From Candidatus Bathyarchaeota archaeon (GTDB taxonomy: Archaea; Thermoproteota; Bathyarchaeia; Bathyarchaeales; Bathycorpusculaceae): a stretch of DNA of 64,000 nucleotides. The DNA lies in the NCBI GenBank assembly GCA_963826715.1, contig CAWGYA010000008.1, positions 896,001 through 960,000 on the forward strand, read 5' to 3'. The position numbers and the translations under genes were made by a program. Shown here in pieces: positions 21,400 to 30,595 of this stretch (its first letter is position 1; each line of letters opens with the position of its first letter). The notes beneath the pieces are model-generated. The model did no database searches. It saw only the letters and a program-made list of their open reading frames with translations, and had not been told where the DNA came from.

Positions 21400-21738
21400 G
21401 AGACTTTCAAGTCTATATTGAGGACATAATTGACGCATTAAACAGCATAGTAAGCATACACTAAAGGGCTCACCTATGAGGGATTCGTTAACGATAGAAA
21501 AACCGTTGATGCAGTAATAAGAAACTTTGAGATTATCGGTGAAGCAGCTAAACAAGTTCCCCTTTCAATTCGAGAATTGTACTCCAAAGTGCCTTGGAGG
21601 GATATGGCTGGAATGCGCGACAAGCTAATACATGGCTATTTTGGGATTCAGTTAGATGTTGTTTGGAAAACTATCAAAGAGCGTTTGCCGCCACTTCGGC
21701 TTTTACTGCTTGACGCTTTAGCAGATATGAAGAAATAA
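21396..21738 (+). pseudogene. HEPN/DUF86 RNase toxin, frameshifted near 21450
   Basis: TTG overlaps MNT stop; RDFQVYIEDI..., then DAVIRNFEIIGEAAK, VPWRDMAGMRDKLIHGYFG (Rx4H). Confidence 0.85.
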
Positions 21739-21757
21739 GCTTCGTGGAGACGCAGTC

Positions 21758-21815
21758 GGATTGGCGTATAGTCGTCAAAGAAGCAATGAAAGTCTACGAC
21801 CAAGCCCTCAGCTAA
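21758..21815 (+). repeat. Direct repeat copy 2: orphan diverged GT4 3' end
   Basis: Encodes DWRIVVKEAMKVYDQALS*, homologous to the GT4 C-terminus. Confidence 0.9.
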
Positions 21816-21946
21816 AGTTGTCTGAGGTTCAGCATTATTTAAAAGGTAAATGATTAACTATATTTCGACTATCTGTGTTGCGACCTGTACATTTTTTTTA
21901 AGCTTAATAGGAAAATAGGCTTTAGAGTGTTTCAAGGGAATTCAAT

Positions 21947-22522
21947 TTGGCGCATGAACTCCAAGCACTTATTCAACGGCTAAAACCAATCGTGTTTGTA
22001 TACATTTTCAAAGACGAAACTCCTGCAAGAATAGATCGCTTCTTGGACGTAGGCGCAACTTTGAAGCTGGTTGGTGGCTTTGAGGCTCTCACTTTTTGGT
22101 TCCGATGGGATCATGACTAGGAAGGTGATGGCATAGAGGACTGGGAACCGGTCACCTATATTATGAGCGGAGAAAAAGTTGTTGATATTCAGACACGTAC
22201 TCATTGGCGGATTGTTCGCTGGTTGAGTGACGATCCTGTTTTGGATGGTGAACGAGCGATTCTTTATTTTAGTAAACATGGCCATGCCCCATACATGCAA
22301 GTCAAAGCGAATGTTGGCTGGCTAAAAAGTGCTTTTGACAAGACCATCATAGGGTACGCGATACCTGATTTCCTTGAAGTAATGGCTGAAGAAGCTGGTT
22401 ATTTGGAAATAAGTAATTATGATGTAATACCTAACCGTGAAGCTCCACGCACGTCACGAGCAATGACAGGTGTCACTATTCTTGGCAAAAAATTCTTTGC
22501 GCAATGCTTCAAAAAGCCCTAG
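21947..22522 (+). pseudogene. Hypothetical protein (NPP1/Vps62-like motifs) with in-frame TAG at 22118
   Basis: Continuous frame from TTG 21947 through TAG at codon 58 into ORF 22163..22522; DWEPV and HGHA motifs. Confidence 0.55.
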
Positions 22523-22639
22523 AATGCGTAGCTTAGTTTTTTTGCGTTTTGTACCTTTTCAGCAGCTCGTCGATTGAGTCAGTGTCTTTGCTTTCATTTA
22601 GAACCTGATATCCAACAACCCAGTTCTTGAGTGATTCTT

Positions 22640-23207
22640 CTATTTTTGTGAAATGTCTCGTCTAATGACCTCTGGAGCTTTGCCATCAGTAACCTCTAAA
22701 GCCTTGAACATATAAGCAAATCCCGTTGATAGAGGAGCATCTGGATGCATCTTAACCCATTTCTCAACGGTATCAGTCGTTGCAAGCAATTCATCTATGA
22801 GGTCTTCCTTTCCCAGGGATTGTTTGCTTGCATTGTCAAGTTTGCCAAGAATAAACGTGCTAAAAGTTAAAGAATCGTAATTTAGCGCCCTCTCATAGGG
22901 GTCTTCAATATTATCCTGCAATCTTGACTATTTTGTCGAGGGACTCTCTCTGAAATTGTTATCCTCAGTCTTGGTAATTGATGTCGTATTTGTTAAAGAC
23001 AGGTCTTAGGTCTCTGAGGTTTCTTTGAGGAATCTCAATTACACAATTCGCCAATTTTCTATGCGGTATTTTAGATAGGATGCCATCGTTGTTTCTACCG
23101 TATAGTTCATTGTGAAATTTGGTCTTATCCTTTGTATTCTTGGAAGAAACTTGATATCTGATTATCACGTTAGCTTTAGTTAGTTTTTCGCAGCCTTCTA
23201 CTTGCAT
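22640..23207 (-). pseudogene. Hypothetical gene(s): N-terminal Cas2/VapD-like small domain plus helical C-terminal part, probably frameshifted
   Basis: ORFs 22965..23207 (IIRYQVS..KTKFHNELYG..G) and 22640..22921 closely spaced on the same strand. Confidence 0.4.
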
Positions 23208-23409
23208 CTTCTTCTACCTGCTTTGCAAGTATAATACTTCTATTAGTTATTATATAATCATTGTGTGGTAATCACAGAAGCAAGGCGCTGTTTTCTCAAT
23301 TACAGTACTTAAGTGGCGATCCCTTAGCCCAGACGCGGTCAAATTTGACAGAAGCATGGTAATAATGTTTAAGGGCATTCTTCCTGCTATGATGTCTGGC
23401 TGGTTGTGT

Positions 23410-25416
23410 TTGAGGGGTAAGTTATGGTCAATTGAGCAGGAGCGGCAACTGCGAGACCTCGTCGCAAAGGGAGTTGGTATTGCCGAGATTTCAGAGTTAT
23501 GGGTAAGACGCGTGTTTCTGTGCGGTCCAAGATGTATCATTTAGGTTTGTCTGTAGTTGATGCAGCAGCACCTTCCCCATCCATTGCTGTATCAGTTGCA
23601 TCAATTGCATCAGTTGCATCAACTCCAAAACCCATAATCGATCAGCCACCCATTGGTCAAGCCCCTTCTCAGGTTCCAATTATAGACCATCAACCCGCTG
23701 CTAGCTCTGCCTCTTTGCCGAGTGAGGATGACGCCTTTACGACTCAACTCAAGGAGAATGCACCTTTGCCTACCATTGAGGAGCAGCTTCATGTTTTGAA
23801 CGCTGCGATAGTAGAATTGCGCAGGCCAGGTATCAGCCGGGCTGAAGTTGCAAGGTACTCAAAGATTATTGATGGTGTAAAAGTTTACAATGACCTGTTC
23901 GCTAAATTTGTCGATTACCGAGGGCTCGAAACTAAAGTCTTGGAGTTAGAAAAACGGCTTGCAGAGAATAAAATCCATAGTGGGCAGAGTCGTCGCAGAT
24001 TCAATGCCAGAGATATCCAATCGCACTGGCAAAACCTGGATGAAGCGTACAGAATTCGCCAGCAAGCCACCCACGCAAAGGTTGAAGCAGTTAAGGGTGA
24101 CACGGCAGCGTTCTTCCAGCAAATCTGCCGTCTAAAACCCTTTGGCTACCAGTTGGAACTCCCAAAACTGTACCGTGAAAACCAGTTTTTGGCGGTTAGG
24201 TGGCCACGGCAGACAGGCAAGAGCACATCGATTGGAGCGTTGCTGCTTCAGGACGCCTATGAGAATGGCGACTTAAGCGTTGCATTCATTGGTCCGAGCT
24301 TTCGCCAAACCAAGCTTAACCTGCGACGTGTGGCGGGATTTTGCCGCAACCTGCCCCTGGGAACCTGCCAAGTGCAGAAAACCAGAATCAGCTTTGAAAA
24401 CGGCTCATTCATCGAAGCCTTCCCCAACAACCCCGACACCACCCGAGGCAACACATTCCACCGCGTCTGGTGGGATGAAGTCAACTTCACCCAAGGCGAC
24501 GACGACCTATACGACGCCCTCCTATACACCCTGGGAACCACAAACGGCAAACTCGTAGCCAGCAGCACCCCATTCAACACCGACTCACTGTTTTGGAGAA
24601 TGTGCAACCACAAAAGATTCGCAAACTATGCAAAACACCACTTTTCCTACGAGGCCGCACTTGAACCAAACGGTCCACTGAATGCGCAGATGATTGAGCG
24701 GATCAAGGAACAGTTTGGGGATGATCCAAGCCGTTGGCGTCGAGAGATGGAGGCTGAGTGGGCTGAAGATGAAGATGTGTGGCTTGCTCAGAGTTTGATT
24801 GTTTCGTGTATTGGCACCAAAAAGAACTGCGGACAAGACCTCGAAGAATACGACACAGAGAAAAGTTGCAGCGGAGAGTTTTTCTTGGGTAGACATCGGT
24901 CAAGTCAGAGACTACACATCACTAAGCATCGTAGAAATGGTGGACGACACGATTTATTTGAGGCATCAAAAACTGTTTCCGCATCCAACCACCCACGCAC
25001 ATGTCTTAGGCTACATCAAGCGTCTGCAGGATCTGTGGGGCGGCTTCCAGAAAATCCGCGTCGACTTCACCCGAGAAGGCCCCAGCCTCATCAAAGACAT
25101 GGAAAACGCAGGCATAGACAACGCTGAAGGCGTCAACTTCAGTGTCCCCCGAAAAAGCGAAATGGCAAGCCTACTAAAACAACGCATGCAAAACCAACAA
25201 CTCCGCTTTCCCCTGCTCACATGGGAGAAACCCTACCGAAGCGACATATGCAGTGAACTCAACGTTGAAAAATACCAACTGCGCAAAGACGGGAACATAG
25301 GATACAGCCACCCCAACGGCACCCACGACGACGTCTTCTGGAGCATAGCATTAGCCGTATACGCAACAACCGACATGGCGCCTGAACCTTTCTTAACAGT
25401 AGTTCCTCGAAGCTAA
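23410..25416 (+). CDS. Large terminase (ATPase + RNase H-like nuclease) with N-terminal HTH/coiled-coil region; frameshifts at ~23495 and ~24890
   Basis: Walker A WPRQTGKST, PSFRQ, RG..FHRVWWDE Walker B, SSTP, RREMEAEW, (G)VDIGQVRD, HDDVFWSIALA; upstream WSIEQERQL...GKTRVSVRSKMYHLGL HTH. Confidence 0.88.
23588..23623 (+). repeat. 9-bp tandem repeat (~4 copies) encoding SVA-SIA-SVA
   Basis: gtatcagtt gcatcaatt gcatcagtt gcatcaac. Confidence 0.7.
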
Positions 25417-25443
25417 AATCAAGTCAGGGCTAATTAATTGAGT

Positions 25444-25467
25444 TGGCGGGGCCGCTGGGATTTGGAC
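25444..25467 (-). other. tRNA 3'-end fragment (att-like scar)
   Basis: Reverse complement GTCCAAATCCCAGCGGCCCCGCCA = T-loop, T-stem, acceptor strand, CCA; no 5' half nearby. Confidence 0.75.
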
Positions 25468-25508
25468 ATGGCTCACAATGGAGAAATCACCCGCACTTCC
25501 CTTTCTTT
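25458..25508. repeat. Imperfect ~50-bp direct repeat copy 1
   Basis: ggatttgRac-N11-tggagaNNtcaYccgcaYttcccttt shared with 29452..29502. Confidence 0.75.
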
Positions 25509-26183
25509 TTATAATTCTAAGGGGATTATTGATAGCAGGTCAGCAAACTCATGTATTATAAAGTCAGGTTGGCTAACGAGCAACTTTGCTTGATAGTCTC
25601 TTGCATGCACGTACGCGGTCTTTCCGTATTTGCACTGTATTGTTCTTATGCCTAATTGCTTTGCGGGAACAATATCTTGCTCTAAATCATCACCGATTGA
25701 GAAGCAATTTGTAGGATCACCAATTTCCTTTAGGGCTAACTGCAAGTGTTTTCCGCATGCTTTGGGTGCTTTAACCATATCTGAAGTTATAATGCAATCA
25801 AAGAATTCAGACATTTTTAGATACTCAATCCTCGGGGTGATTACTTCTTTTACCGCATTGGTCAACAAAAAAATCCCAAAACCGTTTCTGTGGTATTTAG
25901 ATAAGACATTTTTTACCCCCGGAATTAGTTTTATTTGGTTAATTGACAAATCATGAGCTATTTTCCAGTCTATTCCAAATAGCTTTCCATGATATGGATA
26001 ATCATACCAAATCCATGAATCTTCATTCGTTCTTAAAAAGTCAAGATATTTTTCTTGAGCTTCTTTAAAGGGAATCCTTTCTTTTTCAGCAATCTCATTT
26101 TCAATTTTGTTGCACAATGTTTTGTCAAGTGAATACTCATCAGCTAACGTGCCAGTCCAGTCAAAAAGCAAATACTTCTTCAA
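25509..26183 (-). CDS. HAD-superfamily hydrolase
   Basis: FDWTGTL motif I, LTN, K, IGDDLEQDI motif IV. Confidence 0.88.
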   Translation of the reverse strand: MKKYLLFDWTGTLADEYSLDKTLCNKIENEIAEKERIPFKEAQEKYLDFLRTNEDSWIWYDYPYHGKLFGIDWKIAHDLSINQIKLIPGVKNVLSKYHRNGFGIFLLTNAVKEVITPRIEYLKMSEFFDCIITSDMVKAPKACGKHLQLALKEIGDPTNCFSIGDDLEQDIVPAKQLGIRTIQCKYGKTAYVHARDYQAKLLVSQPDFIIHEFADLLSIIPLEL

Positions 26184-26187
26184 GGCT

Positions 26188-28557
26188 TCACTTTCCCTCT
26201 TCTGCCTTTATTTCAATTGAGTCTAGGAATTTCTCAATTGCATCGCAAATACTCTCGATGTTGATGTCTTGATTAGCAGTTGCGACTTGTTTAATTTTGC
26301 CTAAGTACCTCTTGAGATTGGGGACATCATTTTTCTCCGGAGAAATTGTCCTGAAATAACTCCAAATCTTTAGAGAGATTATCGAACTAGGATTTTTCTT
26401 GAGGAGATACTGCTCGTCAATATCCTTTTTGAGAACCTGTTTTATTTCAGACTCGCCGTAGTATTGTTTTTGTATTTTATCATTCGTTGCAGCAGCTTCC
26501 CCTTTGTCCTTTAAGTCCTCGATAAGAAAAAGCACATATTCCTCACAGTATTTCCTGTCGTTTATTGTAGATAAAGCCAAACTGGCAGACCTAAAATAGA
26601 CTGGATTGTATCTCTGCCTATTAGTTACAATATCAATTAATACCTTAGTTAATTCTTCCGATTGGATTCGGAGTTTGCCTATATAATAAAGAACTTCCTG
26701 TAACCTTTCATCGTATTTTAGGAGGTCTTTTTTCTGTTCCTCAATAACATTCTTGAAAGCTACGGCAGCTCTTAAATTAAACTTACCGGGATTTAGCTTC
26801 AAGGTAAAACGGAGTCTTTCCGTTTCCTTGATAAAATGCTGGCTCACTTCGTGAGTTTGAAATACATTCCAAATTTCGGAACAGACACTCTGAGTTTTGT
26901 CGGGATTAAAAACGCAAGAGGCTAAGCTGAAGGCTATAAGATACTCCATAAATGACTTGTGTGAGAAAGTGAATGACCTATCAGTGGCTCGCTTAAGGAT
27001 GGCAAACACGCTAGAATTAAGCATTATATCGGCAACTTTACTTGGTTTCAAAACGATAAATCTCTTTACAGCACAGATTTGTTCTATTTCATTGATAGTT
27101 GTTTGCGCTGCAGCTTTAGATTCATAGTTTTTTTCAGCAATTGCGAGCAACAATTTGAAGCTTTCCTCTTCAAACAATTGCTTATCAAGGTTAAAGACGC
27201 CTGCCTTGCGGCTATGGTCATCGCTGATTTTCCATGTAATGAACTTATAGTATATTTCCGAAAGATTGCCTGATAGACCATCAAGAATTCTAATTTCCGT
27301 CTTGTTGCTTATTTCTAGGTCACAAAGCATTTTAAGAAATAGAGGCCTATTTGGCAGATCTAGAAACTTTTGGGATTCAACCTTTTCAAAAAAATCATTT
27401 ATTTCTTTAGTCTTAAGTGGCTGTTTGGCTAGCAATCCTTCCTTGTATTTTATCCATTGTAGGCTCTTCCAATCTCTTAATTCCACGTAGGTGTGATTCT
27501 TTAGGTCTCCTCCAATCGCTTGAAAGGCATCAAAAAAAGGGTTAAACTCCCTTCTACAAGTGAGTAGAACTACAAACTTGTTTTTGAAAAGGAAATTGAT
27601 AAAATGTTTCAGGACAACAGAGTTGCAGTCAGATTCGTCAATACCATCCAGAATTATTGCCAGTTTTCTATACTGTAGCATTCTCGCTATATTCTTGGTA
27701 AACAGGTCGTCATCTAATGACAACAATGCATTGCTATATCGAGATTTATGTTGAATAAGACATTGTATGATTTCTGCGACAACTTTCTGCGCGAGGTGTT
27801 CACCCTCGAATGTCTCGATTTTTTCATTAGTCAACTCGATAAAAATAGGGTAAATTGCTTCAGGAACCCATTTCTTGAAATATATTTTGCTGATTGTTGT
27901 CTTTCCCATGCCGTAAAAACCTGAACAAATAACGGGTCCATGTAGCACCGCCTTTTTTAGAAATCGCAGGCATCCACCGCTTGAGCAAGAAACATGTATG
28001 TGGCGCCTGCCATGGAAGTAATCAAAATTGTCAACAAAATCCTCTTCGCTAATATCATATGGCCACATTCCACTGATTGTCGATGATTTTTCCTTAAAGT
28101 AATCTTGAAGTTCTGGGTAGGGGTAGTATACATCATACAAGAATCGTGCCGTCTGTGAGCAGCTTTTGATAGTAACTTCCCCGCTTTCATAGTTACCAAA
28201 CAAGTTTGCCATTTTTGCCGTTGGATGGATGTTTGTCAAGAAAACAATGTGTGAACCTGTTAGCTTGTTATCTTTGGCAGTTTTCCACATATTGGGGATA
28301 TCTTCAAGTTTTTTTCTCATATACTCGATATTGCCGCCTGGGCTTTCACCGCCATAAATCTGGAAAAGAATTTCTTTGGATGCAAAATCAATACCCCCAT
28401 CCCTTCCATCCTCTGGCGCCCACAATGTAGGTCCGAATTTCCTAGCTAGAAATGACACTACGAATTTCTCAAAGGGAATGCCGTTTTTCTGGGTGAGGTC
28501 AGACTCAATACGAGCGAGTAACTGCTTGTTTAACTGAGGCGTCTTTTCAACATCCAT
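26188..28557 (-). CDS. NACHT/STAND NTPase with N-terminal restriction-endonuclease-like domain and helical C-terminus
   Basis: FEKFV..DGRDGGIDF..FQIY; Walker A GFYGMGKTT; Walker B IILDGIDE; LTCR; PLFL; FSHKSFMEYL. Confidence 0.85.
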   Translation of the reverse strand: MDVEKTPQLNKQLLARIESDLTQKNGIPFEKFVVSFLARKFGPTLWAPEDGRDGGIDFASKEILFQIYGGESPGGNIEYMRKKLEDIPNMWKTAKDNKLTGSHIVFLTNIHPTAKMANLFGNYESGEVTIKSCSQTARFLYDVYYPYPELQDYFKEKSSTISGMWPYDISEEDFVDNFDYFHGRRHIHVSCSSGGCLRFLKKAVLHGPVICSGFYGMGKTTISKIYFKKWVPEAIYPIFIELTNEKIETFEGEHLAQKVVAEIIQCLIQHKSRYSNALLSLDDDLFTKNIARMLQYRKLAIILDGIDESDCNSVVLKHFINFLFKNKFVVLLTCRREFNPFFDAFQAIGGDLKNHTYVELRDWKSLQWIKYKEGLLAKQPLKTKEINDFFEKVESQKFLDLPNRPLFLKMLCDLEISNKTEIRILDGLSGNLSEIYYKFITWKISDDHSRKAGVFNLDKQLFEEESFKLLLAIAEKNYESKAAAQTTINEIEQICAVKRFIVLKPSKVADIMLNSSVFAILKRATDRSFTFSHKSFMEYLIAFSLASCVFNPDKTQSVCSEIWNVFQTHEVSQHFIKETERLRFTLKLNPGKFNLRAAVAFKNVIEEQKKDLLKYDERLQEVLYYIGKLRIQSEELTKVLIDIVTNRQRYNPVYFRSASLALSTINDRKYCEEYVLFLIEDLKDKGEAAATNDKIQKQYYGESEIKQVLKKDIDEQYLLKKNPSSIISLKIWSYFRTISPEKNDVPNLKRYLGKIKQVATANQDINIESICDAIEKFLDSIEIKAEEGK

Positions 28558-28809
28558 TTAGTGCTTAATCGCAATTAGGGATTTTGCAATTAGATATTGT
28601 GAGCGACAAAAAAGAACATTTCTTTTTTTTCTCGTTGTGTATCATGAGCTCGGTCCTTGTTTATTCTTATTTTTGTCCATTTCAAATGGTTATAGCGGCT
28701 TTCCGAACTAAAATTTTGAGAGTTAACTGTAAAAAAATTTTAAATAAGCGCTAAATATAGTGCTTCAAGTAAGCGCTCAGACACTAAGCGCTGGAGGTGG
28801 AAAGACGAA

Positions 28810-29019
28810 ATGAGTAACGATGAACTAAGAATTGCGGTTTGCTTGGTTTTAGCAGCAGTGTTAGTTTTCCCCAGTTTAGCTTTGATGAACTCTAATCCAT
28901 TGTTTATTCTATCTCTTGGCGTTGGTATTCTTGTTATCATTTATGCATTTAGTCCCGATTTAGCCTCAGAAATTGTTGACGGAATTAAAGAAATAGTAAC
29001 TGCACCTTTCAAAAAGTGA
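28810..29019 (+). CDS. Small two-TM membrane protein
   Basis: ATG start, GGAGG upstream, two hydrophobic helices. Confidence 0.55.
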   Translation: MSNDELRIAVCLVLAAVLVFPSLALMNSNPLFILSLGVGILVIIYAFSPDLASEIVDGIKEIVTAPFKK

Positions 29020-29136
29020 TTTAATTGAATTATTGATTAGTTTCGTGACTTTGATTATGGAGCAATAGCTCTTTTTTCCATTTAAGGTGGGCGGTGCTTG
29101 TACTATATTTTCGCAAATTGTTATTTAGGTTCTTTG

Positions 29137-29379
29137 TCAGAGTTCTTCAAGAGTAATTTCGCTTATTACTTCCGAATACTCTTTTCCGTCAATTCTATTT
29201 CTTTGAAGGAGCTTACGAAAGAAATCATCTATCTCTTTGGCCTTAACCCACTCATTCTCCAAAAATTCGTCTAATGTGCCAGTGAAAGTAAGCCCATTTA
29301 TCGAAACAACTGTATAGGTTCCGTCGCCATTTTGTATTATCTTTTTCCACTGACTTATGACAGGTTCCCCAATATCCAG
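29137..29379 (-). CDS. Hypothetical 80-aa protein (non-canonical CTG start; absent from ORF track)
   Basis: Open frame LDIGEPVISQWKKIIQNGDGTYTVV...EITLEEL*. Confidence 0.35.
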   Translation of the reverse strand: MDIGEPVISQWKKIIQNGDGTYTVVSINGLTFTGTLDEFLENEWVKAKEIDDFFRKLLQRNRIDGKEYSEVISEITLEEL

Positions 29380-29451
29380 GATATATCAAGGTCTATTCAA
29401 AAATTGCCCTAACTGGATTAAACAAACCCTAGCTTAATTTTGGATAGCGAT

Positions 29452-29502
29452 GGATTTGAACTCATGCCAAAGTGGAGATGTCATCCGCATTTCCCTTTTT
29501 TT
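29452..29502. repeat. Imperfect ~50-bp direct repeat copy 2, beginning with reverse T-loop ggatttgaac
   Basis: ggatttgaactcatgccaaagtggagatgtcatccgcatttcccttttt aligns without gaps to 25458..25508. Confidence 0.75.
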
Positions 29503-29546
29503 GAGCTTAGTTTAAAGTTACTTATTTCAATGAATCAACTTGAAAA

Positions 29547-30029
29547 TTAAGAATGGGGTTTTCTTTCTCTTTGTCTTTTAATGCCGATATTTAGTGGTGG
29601 TTTATCCTGATACTCCATTACATAATACTGAATACACTTTGTCTCACGATTGTCAGCTTCTTTTGCACTGCTTAATTCAGTCCAATATACTCTTATGTTC
29701 TTGGCGTTCAGTTTAATTGTATCGGGAAAGTGGTTATCGCGGAAATACCTTCGAAAATTCCAGCCCTCTGAGTGACTATTTCGGTATAAACTCTCATCAA
29801 ATACGTCCCTATGAAATTGCCTTATTCTTCTGTTAAGATTTACCGCTTTGCCGATGCATAATATTCCATCGCTATCTTCTTTTCCATTCAACCTTGGAAA
29901 ACACTTTGGTTTGCCATTTTCTATGTAAATCAGCACGTAGACACCTGAACTTCTTGGAATTTTCTTCAATGATTCCAAGTCTGCGATTTCAGCAGTTTCA
30001 TAATTTATGAGTATTTCATCAAATATCAT
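29547..30029 (-). CDS. GIY-YIG family nuclease
   Basis: PRSSGVY...ILCIGKAVNLNRRI, conserved E, PPLN. Confidence 0.75.
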   Translation of the reverse strand: MIFDEILINYETAEIADLESLKKIPRSSGVYVLIYIENGKPKCFPRLNGKEDSDGILCIGKAVNLNRRIRQFHRDVFDESLYRNSHSEGWNFRRYFRDNHFPDTIKLNAKNIRVYWTELSSAKEADNRETKCIQYYVMEYQDKPPLNIGIKRQRERKPHS

Positions 30030-30050
30030 TGTTTAACACCCTCAAATCCG

Positions 30051-30593
30051 TTAGGTGCAAATGGCGATTCCTTTTGTTAACTCTTCAAGTTCCGATAGTT
30101 CATCGTTTGTAAGTAATCTATAAGTTGTTATCCTACTGTTCTTTAGAGGCAATAGATTGTTTATTGAAGTTTCCAATTGCTTCCACTGTACAATTTTCTT
30201 GGTTTTTCCCTTGGCAAGTTTTGATGTATCTAAAATCTGAATGAAGGTGACGTTTTCATCCATTTCAATCGGTTCATTATTTTTTACGTAATGGATGAAG
30301 TACTTAGCCAATGCTGATGTGAGAAATTTTCCACAAACCTGCGTAGGCTTAACGTTTGACTCTTCAATTTCGACAATTAGCCTAATCTTATCATGTTTAA
30401 GTATCATCATGTCAACGTTACAAAATTCGTTTTCTTTGCTTTTTACAGGGTTGTAAAATAGTGGAATGTGTTGTTTTCCGTCGCAAGCTGGGTCTCGAAG
30501 AAGGGTAAGGTTTGGGTATTTTGAAACAAATTCTTGGAAAGCTCTTCCGATTTTCTTGTGGATAATATTTGCTTCCTTCGGCATAACGGTCAT
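30051..30593 (-). CDS. Hypothetical protein, possible PD-(D/E)xK nuclease
   Basis: NVDMMIL...IVEIEES resembles the D..ExE core; 2 bp after MBL gene. Confidence 0.55.
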   Translation of the reverse strand: MTVMPKEANIIHKKIGRAFQEFVSKYPNLTLLRDPACDGKQHIPLFYNPVKSKENEFCNVDMMILKHDKIRLIVEIEESNVKPTQVCGKFLTSALAKYFIHYVKNNEPIEMDENVTFIQILDTSKLAKGKTKKIVQWKQLETSINNLLPLKNSRITTYRLLTNDELSELEELTKGIAICT

Positions 30594-30595
30594 GA

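Noticed and set aside
18500-25000. Dense single-base frameshifts in the GT2, GT2, GT4 and terminase genes as programmed frameshifting or phase variation
   Set aside because: Several are in short homopolymers, they cluster in one stretch and motifs are intact; consensus errors are the simplest explanation. Read mapping would decide.
25444-25520. Intact, split or intron-containing tRNA genes at the scars (also 37234)
   Set aside because: No complementary 5' acceptor strand or D/anticodon arms nearby
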